A stretch of DNA of 64,000 nucleotides from Candidatus Latescibacterota bacterium (GCA_965248355.1 OZ252098.1:576001-640000); one strand, 5' to 3'. Numbered from the stretch's first letter, positions 47,920 through 58,789 are shown. Translations and numbers: made by a program. The notes: generated by a model not told the origin, from the letters alone.

Positions 47920-49277
47920 ACCATCTCTCCGAAGGCCTCGGTCTCGCGGGCCCGGGTGAGGGCCACGTCGACGAAGGAGTTCGCCCGCACCATGGCGCCC
48001 GTCTCGAAGCGGACGCGGATGTAGTTGTCGGTCAGCCCCGCCGCCAGACCGTCGCGGCCCTCCTCCTCCACCAGCACCCGCACCCGGCGGCCGAGGTGAC
48101 GGCGGTGGAAGGCGAGGCGCTTGCCCTCGCCGAGGGCGATGAGCTCGCGCACCCGGCGGCGCTTCACCTGCCCGCCGTGGTGCCCCTCGAGGCGCTGGGC
48201 CGGGGTGCCCTCGCGCTCGGAGTAGGGGAAGACGTGCAGGTAGGTGACCGGCAGCCGCTCCAGGAGGCTACGCGTCGAAGCGAAGTGCTCCTCGCCCTCG
48301 CCGGGGAAGCCGGCCATGACGTCGGCGCCGATGGCGCAGCCGGGGAGGCGGTGGGCGATGCGGGTGATGCGTTCGGCGTAGTGCGCCGCCGAGTAGCGCC
48401 GCCCCATGCGCCGCAGGACGCGGTCGTCGCCGCTCTGCAGGGGCACGTGGAAGTGGCGGCAGACGCTCTCGGTGTCGGCGGCGAAGTCGATGAGGCGGTC
48501 GCTCACGTAGGCCGGCTCGATCGAGTTCAGGCGGATGCGCTCGAGTCCCTCGACGGCGGCCAGCTGCCGCACCAGGTCGGCGAAGGTGTCGGCCCCGTCC
48601 AGGTCGCTGCCGTAGGCGCCGGTGTGCACGCCGGTGAGGGCCAGCTCGCGGTAGCCGGCCTCCACCATGTTGCGGGCCTGGGCCAGGACCTCGGCCGGCG
48701 GGCGGCTGACGCCGGGGCCGCGGACGGTGGGGATGATGCAGAAGGTGCAGTGCTCGTTGCAGCCGTCCTGGACCTGCAGGGTGCCGCGGGTGCGGCCCTC
48801 GGCCACGGCGCCGTCGATCTGCAGGAAGCGCCGGGTGGGGGGCCGCCGGCCGGAGGTGGGGCCCGGTGCGGGGGCCGCCGGGGGGTCCTGGCGGAGGCCG
48901 GCGGCGCCCGACCCGAGATGGGCGCGCACCCGGTCGACGAGACCGGCCTTGTCGGTATTGGGGACCACCAGGCCGGCCCCGGCCCCACTCAACTCCTCGG
49001 GCCGGCGCTGGGCGTAACAGCCGGTGGCCACCACCAGGGCCTCGGGATTGCACCGGCGGGCCCGGCGCACGGCGCGGCGCGAATCGGCGTCGCCGGAGCC
49101 GGTGACCGTGCAGGTGTTGACCACGTACACGTCGGCTTCCTCGGCGAAGGGCACCACTTGCCAGCCGCTGCGGTCGAACCCGGCCTTGAGGGCCTCGGCC
49201 TCGTACTGGTTCAGCTTGCAGCCGAGGTGGTGGACGGCGACGCGCGGAAGCGGGGCGCCCTGGCAGGCTTCGGACAC
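47916..49277 (-). CDS. mtaB: tRNA-t6A37 methylthiotransferase
   Basis: LGCKLNQYE, NTCTVT, QDGCNEHCTFCIIP, HVFPYSEREGT; the start is estimated. Confidence 0.9.
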
Positions 49278-49369
49278 CGGCGGAAGACCTTGTGGGAGAA
49301 GGAGTAGCAAGGAACCGTGAGAACTCGCCGGAAAGTACGCCCAGGGGCCGGGAGGCGCAACGGGCCGCT

Positions 49370-49398
49370 TTGACGGGAAGGGGGGGCGCCGGTAGCCT
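49370..49398 (+). promoter_or_regulatory. Putative sigma70 promoter of DUF362-FlgD paralog 2
   Basis: TTGACG-N17-TAGCCT. Confidence 0.4.
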
Positions 49399-49448
49399 AT
49401 TCGGGAATCCCACTCCCGGCCGCGAGGCCGCCTCCGAAGGCATCCGTC

Positions 49449-51626
49449 ATGTCAAGAACCACCCATCCCCTGCGGCGCTGGCTTCGCGCCGGCCTCGCGG
49501 TCTCGGTCCTCGCCGCCCTCGTGGCCCTGGACCTGCGCCTCAACCTCGCCCGCACCCTCTTCGTCGGACCCGCCGAGTCGCAGGCCGCCTCCGAGGAGCC
49601 GCTGCAGGTGCAGGGGCTGCCGATCCTGCGGCCCGGGACCCTGACCCTGGGGGAGGGGAGCCCCACCGTCGCCGTGGCCGCCTCCATCGACGAGGCCCTG
49701 CCCGAATCGGCGCCCATCGACCAGGCGCTGAGCTACGGGCAGGTCGACGCCATCGTCCGCCGGGCTCTCGACCTCGACCGCTCCGGGGCCTCGATTCGCG
49801 ATGTCATCGAAGCCGGCGACGGGGTGCTGATCAAGGTGAACTCGGTGACCAACCGCGGGCGCCTCGACCAGAAGCAGAGCGGCTCCGGCTATTACCACGG
49901 CGGCTTCGAGCACCCGGGGCAGATCACCGACCTGCGCGTGGTGAAGAGCCTGGTCAACTATCTGGTGGAGCACGTGGGCCCGCGGCGCATCCTCATCGCC
50001 GAGGGCGGGGCCGAGTCCCCGCGCCGCGGCGAGCGCGGGTTCCCGTCGGGCCTGGAGGACGACTCCTGGTCGGTGACCTACCCCGAGTTCGACGACCTCT
50101 CCTACACCGGGATCGTGGAGGAGTTCCGGGCCCTGGGCGTGGAGACCGTGGTCGACACGTCGGACCTCAACTACGCCTCGTACCGGCGCGAGCCGGTTCC
50201 CGGCGGCGCCCTCCAGCGTCTCGGGGTCACCCGCCTGACCTATCCCGGCGCCCAGTTCGGTTTCCACGTCGAGGGCTCCGGCTCCTTCCGCGACGCCGGC
50301 TACTACATGCCCGAGCCGGTCCTCGAAGCCGACAAGGTGATCTCGGTGCCGGCCATGAAGACGACGATCTACGGCACCACCCTGGCGGTGAAGAACTACG
50401 TGGGCACCCTGGCCTCGCGCGCCTACGGCGACGGCACCTCCAAGCGCGAGCACTACCAGAACAACCCGGAGCACGGCTACGTCGACCTCTTCGCCTACAA
50501 CCCGCCCGCCTACTCCGTGATCGAGGGGTTCTGGGGTACCGAGGGCCACGGTCCCCAGTGGGGCCTCAACGTCCAGCACAACGTCGTCGTCGCCGGCTCC
50601 GACCCGCTGGCCACGGAGGCGATCGCCAACGCCGTCATGGGCTTCGACGCCCTCGACCTGGAGGCCCTCTACCTGGCGGCGGCCAAGGGTTACGGCACCA
50701 TCGACCGGGAGCGGATCCAGATCGTGGGCCGCGCGCCCGAGAGCGTGCGGCGCGACTTCCTCAAGTCGGGCGGCGGCTCGGGCCGCGGGTTCTTCTACGG
50801 CCGCGGCATCCGCCGCTGGCTGGTGGCCGGGCCCTTCGAGGGCCGCCGCGTGGACGAGGTCCACCTGCCCGGCGAGCCGGCCCTGCGGCCCCTGGAGGGC
50901 GAGACCGCCGGCGCCAACCGCTGGGTCCGCGCCGAGCATCTGGGATACAGCGCCGAGATCCTCGACCTCGGCGGGATCACCGGGGAGGCGGACAACTCGA
51001 CGAGCTACGCCTTCACCCTCGTGCACTCGCCGCAGGACCAGGAGGGCTTCCTGTGGCTGGGATTCGAGGAGGTCCTGAGGGTCTGGCTCAACGGCGACGA
51101 GGTATACACGCGGACCTCGCCCACCTTCCTTGCGCTGGCGGGCGAGAAGGTCCCCATCCGGCTGCGGTCGGGCGAGAACCGCCTGCTCTTCAAGGCGGGC
51201 AGCCTTTCGGGGGAGACGAGGCTGGCGGCCCATGTAGTGGATGAAGACGGCGACCGCCTGCCCGGCATCCGCTTCGTCCTTCCCGGGGAGGTGGTCACCG
51301 CCGCGGCGGCCCCGGAGGACGGCCCTCTCCCGGGGAGCCACGCCCTGCTGGGCAACTACCCGAACCCCTTCAACGCCTCCACCCACCTGCGCTTCGCCCT
51401 GGCCGCCCCGGCCGATCTCCGCATCGCCGTGTACAACGTGGCCGGACAGCGCCTGCGGCAACTCGTGGAAGGACCGGCGCCGGCCGGCGTCCACGAGGTC
51501 GCCTGGGACGGCCGCGACGACAGCGGCGCCAGCGCCGCGAGCGGGGTCTACGTGGCGGTGATGGAGGCCCGCGCCGGCAGGGGATCCCCCTTCCGGCAGA
51601 GCCGGTCGATGGCGTTGCTGCGTTAG
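49449..51626 (+). CDS. Secreted DUF362-domain protein with FlgD-Ig/T9SS-like CTD (paralog 2)
   Basis: Colinear with 16383-18575, sharing long identical blocks (GFEHPGQITDLRVVKS, SWSVTYPEFDDLSY, FYGRGIRRWLVAGPF); PNPFN CTD. Confidence 0.78.
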   Translation: MSRTTHPLRRWLRAGLAVSVLAALVALDLRLNLARTLFVGPAESQAASEEPLQVQGLPILRPGTLTLGEGSPTVAVAASIDEALPESAPIDQALSYGQVDAIVRRALDLDRSGASIRDVIEAGDGVLIKVNSVTNRGRLDQKQSGSGYYHGGFEHPGQITDLRVVKSLVNYLVEHVGPRRILIAEGGAESPRRGERGFPSGLEDDSWSVTYPEFDDLSYTGIVEEFRALGVETVVDTSDLNYASYRREPVPGGALQRLGVTRLTYPGAQFGFHVEGSGSFRDAGYYMPEPVLEADKVISVPAMKTTIYGTTLAVKNYVGTLASRAYGDGTSKREHYQNNPEHGYVDLFAYNPPAYSVIEGFWGTEGHGPQWGLNVQHNVVVAGSDPLATEAIANAVMGFDALDLEALYLAAAKGYGTIDRERIQIVGRAPESVRRDFLKSGGGSGRGFFYGRGIRRWLVAGPFEGRRVDEVHLPGEPALRPLEGETAGANRWVRAEHLGYSAEILDLGGITGEADNSTSYAFTLVHSPQDQEGFLWLGFEEVLRVWLNGDEVYTRTSPTFLALAGEKVPIRLRSGENRLLFKAGSLSGETRLAAHVVDEDGDRLPGIRFVLPGEVVTAAAAPEDGPLPGSHALLGNYPNPFNASTHLRFALAAPADLRIAVYNVAGQRLRQLVEGPAPAGVHEVAWDGRDDSGASAASGVYVAVMEARAGRGSPFRQSRSMALLR

Positions 51627-53941
51627 GGCGGGGCCGGCCTCATGCCGGCCGCAACGGCGGGGGCCGCCATGACGCGCTTGGTGGTGCCGCCGAAGCGGAT
51701 GGAGAGCTTGGTCTTCTCGCCGCGGCCCTCGCGCTCGACGATCTCCCCCCGCCCCCACATGGGATGGGCGACCCAGCGGCCCACGGCCAGGGGGTCCTCG
51801 CCGTCGGCCGCGAAGTCCTCCCCGGCGGGGGAGTCCTCGTCGGGCACGTAGTGAACGCCCTTCTGGGGCGCCTCGGCGGCCCGGACCTCGCGCGCCGGCC
51901 GCGGCGGTCCGGACCGCTGGCGCCGGCGGCGGCCGCCGCCGGGGGGTGAGCCCCAGGCGAGGTCGGCCTCGACCTCCTCCTTCTCCACCAGCTCCCCGGG
52001 GATCTCGGAGAGGAACCGGGAGGGCTCCATCTCCCGGGCCTGGCCGAAGAGGTAGCGCCAGCGCGCCCAGCCGAGCAGGAGGTGGCGGCGGGCCCGGGTG
52101 ATGCCCACGTAGCAGAGCCGCCGCTCCTCCTCGATGGCGCCCGGGTCGGTCCGGGAGGCCTCGATGGCCCGCTGCGTCGGGAAGACCTCCTCCTCGAGGC
52201 CGCAGATGGCGACCACCGGGTACTCCAGGCCCTTGGCGCCGTGCAGGGTCATCAGGGTCAGGATGCCCTCGTCGCCGCCCGCGGCCCCGGCCTCGTCCTC
52301 GGAGGTCATGAGCGCCACCCCCTCGAGGAACTCGCTGAGCCCGATACCCTCGCCCTCGTACTCGGCGGCGAACTCGGCCATGCCGTTGATCAGCTCCTCG
52401 AGGTTCTCCCTGCGGGCCTCGGCGTCGGGACCGTCCTGCGACGCCAGGGCTTCGAGGTAGCCGGTGCGCTCCATGACTTCCCGGGCCAGCTCGGGGAGGG
52501 TGAGCCCGCCGCCGCCGGCGGCGCCGGCCAGGGCCTCCATCACCCCGGCGAACTCCGCCACGGCCCGGGCCGACCGGCCCCCGAGACCGGGGACCTCGGC
52601 GGCGTGCAGGGCCGCCTGGATCAGGTTGGTGGGCCCGCGCGCCGCGTGGGCGGCCAGGCGCTCGACCGTCTTCTCGCCGATGCCCCGCCGGGGGGTGTTG
52701 ATCACCCGCAGCAGGCTGATGTCGTCGGACGGGTTGACCAGCAGCCGCAGGTAGGCGAGCACGTCCTTGATCTCCCGGCGCTCGTAGAACCGGATGCCGC
52801 CCACGAGGGTGTAGGGGACGGCCAGGCGCCGCAGCTCCTCCTCGAGCACGCGGGACTGGGCGTTGACGCGGTAGAGGATGGCCGCGTCGGACAGGCTCAG
52901 CCCCTCCTCCCGGCAATGGTGGCGCACGCCGGCCACGAGATGGCGCGCCTCGGCGCGGTCGTCGCCGCACTCGGCCAGCTGGATCGCCGGGCCCTCCTCG
53001 CCGCGGGTCCACAGGCTCTTGCCCTTGCGGTCGAGGTTGTGGCCGATGACGGCGTTGGCGGCGGCGAGGATGCGGCTCGTGGAGCGGTAGTTCTGCTCCA
53101 GGCGCACGACCACGGCCTCGGGGTAGTCCTTCTCGAAGTCGAGGATGTTGCGGATGTCGGCGCCGCGGAACCGGTAGATCGACTGGTCGTCGTCGCCGAC
53201 GACGCACAGGTTGCGGTGCTCGGCGGCCAGCAGCCGGGTGAGCAGGTACTGGGGCCGGTTGGTGTCCTGGTACTCGTCGACCAGGACGTGCTGCCAGCGG
53301 TCCCGCCACTTCTCCAGCACCTCCTCGTGGCGCCGCAGCTGGCGCACCGGCTCGACGATGAGGTCGTCGAAGTCGAAGGCGTTGTTGGCCCGCAGACCCT
53401 CCTCGTACGCGGAGAACACCTCGGCCAGGCGCCGCTGGCGGGGGTTGCCGTCGGCGCGCCGGGCGAACTCCTCGGTGTCGATCATGGCGTTCTTGGCGCG
53501 GCTGATCTCGCCGTAGACCTGCCGGGGGGGGAAGTCCTGCTCGGCCAGGTCCAGGCCGTCGAGGACGCGGCGCACCAGGGCGCGGCAGTCCTCGGTGTCG
53601 TAGATGGTGAAATCGCCGTGCAGGCCGAAGGCGGCGGACTCGTAGCGCAGCAGGCGGGCGCAGATCGAGTGGAAGGTGCCGATCCACAACCTCCCGGCGC
53701 AGTCCTCGCCCACGAGCCGCTCGATCCGTTCCCGCATCTCGCCGGCGGCCTTGTTGGTGAAGGTGACGGCGAGGATGTGCCAGGGCGCCACCCCGGCCTC
53801 GTCGACGAGGTGGGCGATGCGGTGGGTGAGGACCCGCGTCTTGCCCGAGCCGGCGCCGGCCAGCACCAGCAGGGGACCCGAGGTCTGCTCGACGGCCTGC
53901 CGCTGGTCCGGGTTCAGCCCGGCGAGATGCCGGCCCTCCAT
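51623..53941 (-). CDS. pcrA: UvrD/PcrA DNA helicase
   Basis: AGAGSGKT, TFTNKAA, VDEYQD, VGDDDQSIY, LEQNYRS, TLHGAKGLE, EERRLCYVGITRA and a C-terminal Tudor-like VxHPxWGxG. Confidence 0.93.
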   Translation of the reverse strand: MEGRHLAGLNPDQRQAVEQTSGPLLVLAGAGSGKTRVLTHRIAHLVDEAGVAPWHILAVTFTNKAAGEMRERIERLVGEDCAGRLWIGTFHSICARLLRYESAAFGLHGDFTIYDTEDCRALVRRVLDGLDLAEQDFPPRQVYGEISRAKNAMIDTEEFARRADGNPRQRRLAEVFSAYEEGLRANNAFDFDDLIVEPVRQLRRHEEVLEKWRDRWQHVLVDEYQDTNRPQYLLTRLLAAEHRNLCVVGDDDQSIYRFRGADIRNILDFEKDYPEAVVVRLEQNYRSTSRILAAANAVIGHNLDRKGKSLWTRGEEGPAIQLAECGDDRAEARHLVAGVRHHCREEGLSLSDAAILYRVNAQSRVLEEELRRLAVPYTLVGGIRFYERREIKDVLAYLRLLVNPSDDISLLRVINTPRRGIGEKTVERLAAHAARGPTNLIQAALHAAEVPGLGGRSARAVAEFAGVMEALAGAAGGGGLTLPELAREVMERTGYLEALASQDGPDAEARRENLEELINGMAEFAAEYEGEGIGLSEFLEGVALMTSEDEAGAAGGDEGILTLMTLHGAKGLEYPVVAICGLEEEVFPTQRAIEASRTDPGAIEEERRLCYVGITRARRHLLLGWARWRYLFGQAREMEPSRFLSEIPGELVEKEEVEADLAWGSPPGGGRRRRQRSGPPRPAREVRAAEAPQKGVHYVPDEDSPAGEDFAADGEDPLAVGRWVAHPMWGRGEIVEREGRGEKTKLSIRFGGTTKRVMAAPAVAAGMRPAPP

Positions 53942-54957
53942 CAGTTGAGCCCCGCCCGGCGCCGGATCTGGATCTGGCGCTTGGCGGCCTCGTGCTCGCG
54001 GTTCGTGCGGCTGAACTCGTGGGTGCCATCGCCGCGGGCCACGAAGAAGAAGTAGTCGGTCTGCGGCGGATGCAGCGCCGCGTGCAGGGAGGCCCGCCCG
54101 GGGTTGCAGATCGGCCCCGGCGGAAGCCCGCTGTGGCGGTAGGTGTTGTAGGGGGAGACGACCAGCAGGTCCTCGTTGGTGAGCCGCTCCTTCTGCACCC
54201 CGAGAGCGAACTCGACGGTGGCGCAGGACTCGAGGCGGCGGTTCAGGCCCAGGCGGCGGTGGAAGATGGCGGCGATGACGGGGCGCTCCTCGGCGACCAT
54301 GGCCTCGCCCTCGACGATGGAGGCCAGGGTGACGGCCTGGTGCAGGGAGAGGCCCAGCCCCGGCAGCTTCGCGGCCAGGGAGTCGTCGAAGACGCGGAAG
54401 AACTCGGCCACCATGTGGCGCGCGATCTCCTCCTCGGTGACGTCCGGCGGCAGGAAGTAGGTCTCGGGGAAGAGGTAGCCCTCGAGGGTCCCGGCCTCGA
54501 CGCCCAGCTCGGAGAGCAGCCGCAGGGACTCCGTGGCGGCGACGAATCGCGCCGAGTCGGCCAGGCCTGCCGCCCGCAGCCGACCCGCGGTCTGCCGGCG
54601 GGTGAGCCCCTCGGGGATCGTGACCCGCACCATCTCCAGGGGGGCGTCGAGGAGATCGTCGAGGAGCTGGTCCAGGGACCGCGAGCCGTCGAGTCGGTAG
54701 CGCCCCGCTTCGAGGCGGCCGGCCAGCCCCCGGTAACGCGCCGCGGCCTCGAAGAACAGGGCGCTGCGCACCAGTCCGAAGGCCTCGAGACGGACCCCGA
54801 TGGCGCGGGCGCTCATGCCCGCGTCGATGGTGACGGCCACGGGCGGGCCCCCCGTGGGCCGGCCCAGATGCCACAGGAGGGCCGCGCCGGCGCCGGCCCC
54901 GGCGGCGGCGAGAACCGCGGCCAGTACGAGCCAGCGTCGGATGGAGGGATGAGCCAA
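53941..54957 (-). CDS. mltG: Endolytic transglycosylase
   Basis: N-terminal TM, VTIPEG, LEGYLFPETY, LASIVEGE, SPYNTY..GLPPGPICNPG. Confidence 0.92.
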   Translation of the reverse strand: MAHPSIRRWLVLAAVLAAAGAGAGAALLWHLGRPTGGPPVAVTIDAGMSARAIGVRLEAFGLVRSALFFEAAARYRGLAGRLEAGRYRLDGSRSLDQLLDDLLDAPLEMVRVTIPEGLTRRQTAGRLRAAGLADSARFVAATESLRLLSELGVEAGTLEGYLFPETYFLPPDVTEEEIARHMVAEFFRVFDDSLAAKLPGLGLSLHQAVTLASIVEGEAMVAEERPVIAAIFHRRLGLNRRLESCATVEFALGVQKERLTNEDLLVVSPYNTYRHSGLPPGPICNPGRASLHAALHPPQTDYFFFVARGDGTHEFSRTNREHEAAKRQIQIRRRAGLN

Positions 54958-55022
54958 GAGGATCGGCGGTCAGGAGGAGGTGCGGATGGTTCGTGAGCCA
55001 GGGCGGCGATGCGTGGAAGGGG

Positions 55023-55051
55023 ATTCTACCGGAGGCCCTCTGGACTGTCAA
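55023..55051 (-). promoter_or_regulatory. Sigma70 promoter of mltG-pcrA
   Basis: TTGACA-N17-TAGAAT on the minus strand. Confidence 0.65.
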
Positions 55052-55209
55052 GCAGGTCTCCCGGGGCCGCCGCGGGTCCCGGAGAGGGCCGGGCCCGCCC
55101 CCCTCAGGTGGCCCGCCTCTCCGCGAGAATCCTCTTGCCGGGGTCCACCTTATCCGCCTGTATTTTCGCCTGAATCCGGCGATACCCGCCCCCCGCCCGG
55201 CGCCCCTCC

Positions 55210-56712
55210 ATGATCTCCGCCATCGCCCGCAAGGAGTTCCTCCAGGCCCTCCTGACCCTGCGCTTCGCCGTGGGCCTGATCCTGTGCGTCGTCGCCGTGG
55301 CCGCCGGCACCCTGGCCATGATCGAGGACTACGACTCGCGGCGCGAGGCCTACCTGAAGCAGGTCGGCGAATACGAGACCGAGGTGCTGGAGCAGGAGGG
55401 GCCGTACGCCCGGCTCGTCTGGGATCTGAAGGCCTTCCGCGCGCCCCGGCAGCTGGCCGTGTTCAGCGTCGGCTCCGACCGCTGGCAGGGAAACCAGGTC
55501 ACCGTCACCCATCACGAGGTGCCGGTGCGGTCGCAGTGGCTGGGCGTCTCCAACCCCTACATGGTCCTCTTCCGCACCGTCGACCTGTCGCTCATCGTGC
55601 AGATCATCCTCGGCCTGCTGGCCCTGCTCTTCGCCCACGACGCGGTCTGCGGCGAGCGCGAGGGGGGGACCCTGCGGCTCATGCTGGCCAATCCCGTGGC
55701 CCGCGACCAGGTCCTGCTCGGCAAGGCGGCCGGCCACCTGGTCCTGCTCATGGTGCTGCTGGCCGTCACCTACGTGGTGGGCCTGCTCTTCGTGCAGGCC
55801 TCGCCCGCGCTCCACCTCGGGGCCGGCGAGATCGGCCGCGTGGCCCTCATGCTCGCCGCCTCGGGCCTCTACGTGGCGGCCATGTACGCGGCCGGGCTGC
55901 TGCTGTCGATCTGCACGCGGCGCTCGGCCACGGCCCTGGTCCTGGCCGTCTTCGGTTGGCTCCTGGGCGTCGCCGTCTATCCCAACGTGGTCGGCTTCGC
56001 CGTCGACGCCTACGCCCGTGCGCGCCTGTCGGTGGAGTCGGCCCGGGACCTCGAGGGTCAGCTTCACGCGAGCTTCGGCGAGTGGATCCGCCAGCGCGGC
56101 AAGAGCGAGGATCTGGTCACCGATTGGGGGGTGCAGTTCGGAGGATCTACAGCGACCAGCAACTGGAGCCACCCCCGGGGGTTCGCGGTGGGCGGGTTCT
56201 CCCATGACGCGGAGGAGGAGGAGGAGGCCGACGTCGAACGCAACGTACGGGCGCTGACCCCGTTCTTCGCCGAGGTCGAGCAGCAGCGCACCGCCTACGC
56301 GGACCGGGTGTGGCGGGAGGCCTGGGAGCCGCTGGAGAGGGGCATGAAGGGCCTCCACGCGGTGGCCGCGGGGCTGTCCCTGCTCTCCCCGGCGGGCGCC
56401 CACGGCCGGGCCACGGCGGCCCTGGCCCGCACCGACCGCGGCGACTACTGGCGCTTCCTGGAGTCGGCGCGGGGCTACCGGGGCCAGTTGATCGCCTTCT
56501 ACGAGCAGCAGGGCTGGTTCGGATCGCGGGAGTGGTTCGACCAGTCCAGGACGGCCACCCTCGAGCATCTGCCCCGCTACCGCGAGCCCGGCGGTTCCAT
56601 CGCCGAGAGTCTGGCCCGCGCCGCGCCGCCGCTGCTGGTGCTGGCCGGCTTCACGGCCGCGGCCTTCCTGGCCGCGTACTGGCGGTTCCGGCGCTACGAC
56701 CTGGCGGCCTAG
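55210..56712 (+). CDS. ABC-2 type transporter permease with extracellular loops
   Basis: IARKEF, DAVCGEREGGTLRLMLANPVARxxVLLGK, LLSP, FRRYD. Confidence 0.85.
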   Translation: MISAIARKEFLQALLTLRFAVGLILCVVAVAAGTLAMIEDYDSRREAYLKQVGEYETEVLEQEGPYARLVWDLKAFRAPRQLAVFSVGSDRWQGNQVTVTHHEVPVRSQWLGVSNPYMVLFRTVDLSLIVQIILGLLALLFAHDAVCGEREGGTLRLMLANPVARDQVLLGKAAGHLVLLMVLLAVTYVVGLLFVQASPALHLGAGEIGRVALMLAASGLYVAAMYAAGLLLSICTRRSATALVLAVFGWLLGVAVYPNVVGFAVDAYARARLSVESARDLEGQLHASFGEWIRQRGKSEDLVTDWGVQFGGSTATSNWSHPRGFAVGGFSHDAEEEEEADVERNVRALTPFFAEVEQQRTAYADRVWREAWEPLERGMKGLHAVAAGLSLLSPAGAHGRATAALARTDRGDYWRFLESARGYRGQLIAFYEQQGWFGSREWFDQSRTATLEHLPRYREPGGSIAESLARAAPPLLVLAGFTAAAFLAAYWRFRRYDLAA

Positions 56713-56758
56713 GAGGGGTCATGGACCACCGGAGGATCCGAAGCCTGGAGGAGCGGCC

Positions 56759-58195
56759 GTGATCGCGGCGATCCTGCGGCGGGAGCTGGCCGATCACCTC
56801 ACCAGTCTGCGCTTTGCCCTGACCCTGCTGATCACGGCGGCCCTCATGGTGGTGAATGGGGTCGTCTTCAGCGGCTCAGGTCACGAGCGGGCGATGACGG
56901 AGTACCGCGATCATCTGAAGGCGGTCGACGACCGCTTCGAGGGACTGGCCGGCAGCCTCGGCGAGCTGGCGGTGAAAGGGCCCGGGACCCTGGCCAAGCG
57001 GCCGAGCGCCCTCTCCTTCGTCGCCTTCGGCCGCGAGGACTTCCTGCCCTCGACGATCCGGGCCCAGGCGACGAGCAGGTACGGCGGCGACTGGGGCTTC
57101 ATGATCGACATGCCGTGGAGACTCGGCTACCAGGAGCCGGCGGCGCCGCCCGCCGCCGGCATGGTGCCGGACTTCGTCGAGGTCGACTGGGTCTTCATCG
57201 TCGGCTTCTGCCTCAGCCTCATGGCCCTGCTGCTCACCTACGACGGGATCTGCGGCGAGCGCCGGGAGGGCACCCTCAAGCTCGCCCTCTCGGGGCCGGT
57301 GCCGCGTCACAACCTCCTGCTGGGCAAGTTCGCCGCCGCCTGGATCGTGCTCGCCGCGGCCCTCACCCTGGGGGTCGTCCTCAACCTCCTCGTCCTCGGT
57401 CTGACCGGCCCCGTCGAGCTGGGCCCGGACCTCTTCCTGCGCCTGGCACCCGTCTATCTCGCCTGCCTGCTCTACCTGGCCTGCTTCGTCGGCCTCGGCC
57501 TGCTCGTCTCCTGTCTGAGCGAGCGGCCCTCCTCGGCCCTGGTCGTGCTGCTCCTGGTGTGGACGGTGCTGCTCGTGCTGCTGCCGAACACGGTCTCGGG
57601 GGCGGTGAGCTACTTCCAGGAGCCGCAGATGGACTGGCGGAGTCGCAACTCTCAGCGGCAGGCCCTGATGGAGGAGCATCAGCTCTGGGGCAAGACCAGT
57701 CCCGTCGAGCAGGGCGAGCGCCCTCCCGCCGCCTTCGTGGCTGAGTTCAGCGACTTCCTGCGGGAGCGCCTGCGGCTGGATCTCGATTTCTCAGAGGAGA
57801 AGCTGCGCCGGCAGCTGCGGCCGGTCGAGGCGGGCGCGCTGGTCAACCGCATCAGCCCCTACGGCATCCTCCAGTACGCCCTGGAGTCCCTGGCCGGGAC
57901 GGGCATGCCCCGGCACCAGCGCTTCATCGACGCCGCCCGCCGCTACACCCTGGACTTCCGCCGCTTCGCCGAGGAGCGCGACCAGGCCGACCCGGACAGC
58001 TACCACCTCTTCGGGCTGGTCCCGGGCCTGTCGGAGCGGCCCGTCCCCGTGGAGGCGATCCCCCGCTTCCGCGAGCAACTCTCCGCCGGAGCGGTGCTCG
58101 ACGACGCCTCGACCGACCTGGCGCTGCTGGCCCTGTTCGCGCTGCTGGCCTTCATGGCGGCCAACACCGCCTTCCTGCGTTCGGAGATCGCCTGA
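56759..58195 (+). CDS. ABC-2 type transporter permease (paralog)
   Basis: ILRREL, DGICGERREGTLKLALSGPVPRHNLLLGK, RISP, FLRSEI. Confidence 0.85.
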   Translation: MIAAILRRELADHLTSLRFALTLLITAALMVVNGVVFSGSGHERAMTEYRDHLKAVDDRFEGLAGSLGELAVKGPGTLAKRPSALSFVAFGREDFLPSTIRAQATSRYGGDWGFMIDMPWRLGYQEPAAPPAAGMVPDFVEVDWVFIVGFCLSLMALLLTYDGICGERREGTLKLALSGPVPRHNLLLGKFAAAWIVLAAALTLGVVLNLLVLGLTGPVELGPDLFLRLAPVYLACLLYLACFVGLGLLVSCLSERPSSALVVLLLVWTVLLVLLPNTVSGAVSYFQEPQMDWRSRNSQRQALMEEHQLWGKTSPVEQGERPPAAFVAEFSDFLRERLRLDLDFSEEKLRRQLRPVEAGALVNRISPYGILQYALESLAGTGMPRHQRFIDAARRYTLDFRRFAEERDQADPDSYHLFGLVPGLSERPVPVEAIPRFREQLSAGAVLDDASTDLALLALFALLAFMAANTAFLRSEIA

Positions 58196-58215
58196 GCCGG
58201 GCGCGCCGGCTCAGG
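58191..58215. terminator. GC-rich hairpin after the ABC permeases
   Basis: CCTGAGCCGG-N5-CCGGCTCAGG perfect inverted repeat; no U-tract. Confidence 0.35.
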
Positions 58216-58349
58216 TGGTCTGCGGCAGCGCTCCCTGGCCGCCGGCGGGCGGACTCGCCTCGCCCCTCCGCTCCAGCTCCCCGGGATCTCGTCCGGCAGG
58301 CCGGTGAGCGCCGTGCTCGCCCAGGAGCCACTGGGGACGGAGCGCAGCC

Positions 58350-58789
58350 CGTAAGGGACGCGACTCCCGCCACGGCGCCGTCGTCGATGACCACGTAGTC
58401 CTGCTGGTTCGGCACCCAGTCGTCGACGAATTCCCGGATCGTCATGGTCGAGTGGGGATAGGTCCGGGTGCGGTCGAGGACGTGGTGTACGGTCACCCCC
58501 TCCAGGGCGTAATGGGCGAAGGACGGGACCATGGCCCGGGGCCTCGTGGCGCGGTGCGACGGCGCCGCCCGGTGACCGTGATGCTGATCGCCTGGGGCAC
58601 CAGGACGATGTAGGCGATCATGACGAGCACGAGCGTCGGCTCCACCAGTCCGCCCACGGGGCCGAGGAGGATTCCGGTGGCCGTATAGACGAGGATGGAG
58701 GTCATGCCGAACCGGACCAGGACCCCCTCGGCGAGCTTGCCCACGAGGACGATCAGGCCGATGGAGAGCAGGGCTTGGTGCATGTGCAT
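58350..58789 (-). pseudogene. Internally deleted cation:proton antiporter (CPA2)/CBS relic
   Basis: The first two TMs (LLSIGLIVLVGKLAEG...TGILLGP) join directly to a last-TM-like LVLVMIAYIVLVP, followed by a CBS-like YVVIDDGAVAGVASL in another frame. Confidence 0.45.

Noticed and set aside
51623-53941. UvrD helicase as part of a defence system (e.g. Gabija)
   Set aside because: It is a full-length housekeeping PcrA type with a C-terminal Tudor-like domain, coupled to mltG, with no partner nuclease.
49452-54029. 1525-aa ORF and other long Arg/Pro/Gly-rich or antisense ORFs (e.g. 1644-3872, 18509-21094, 58977-61700)
   Set aside because: These are shadow frames of real genes in high-GC DNA and show no recognisable motifs.
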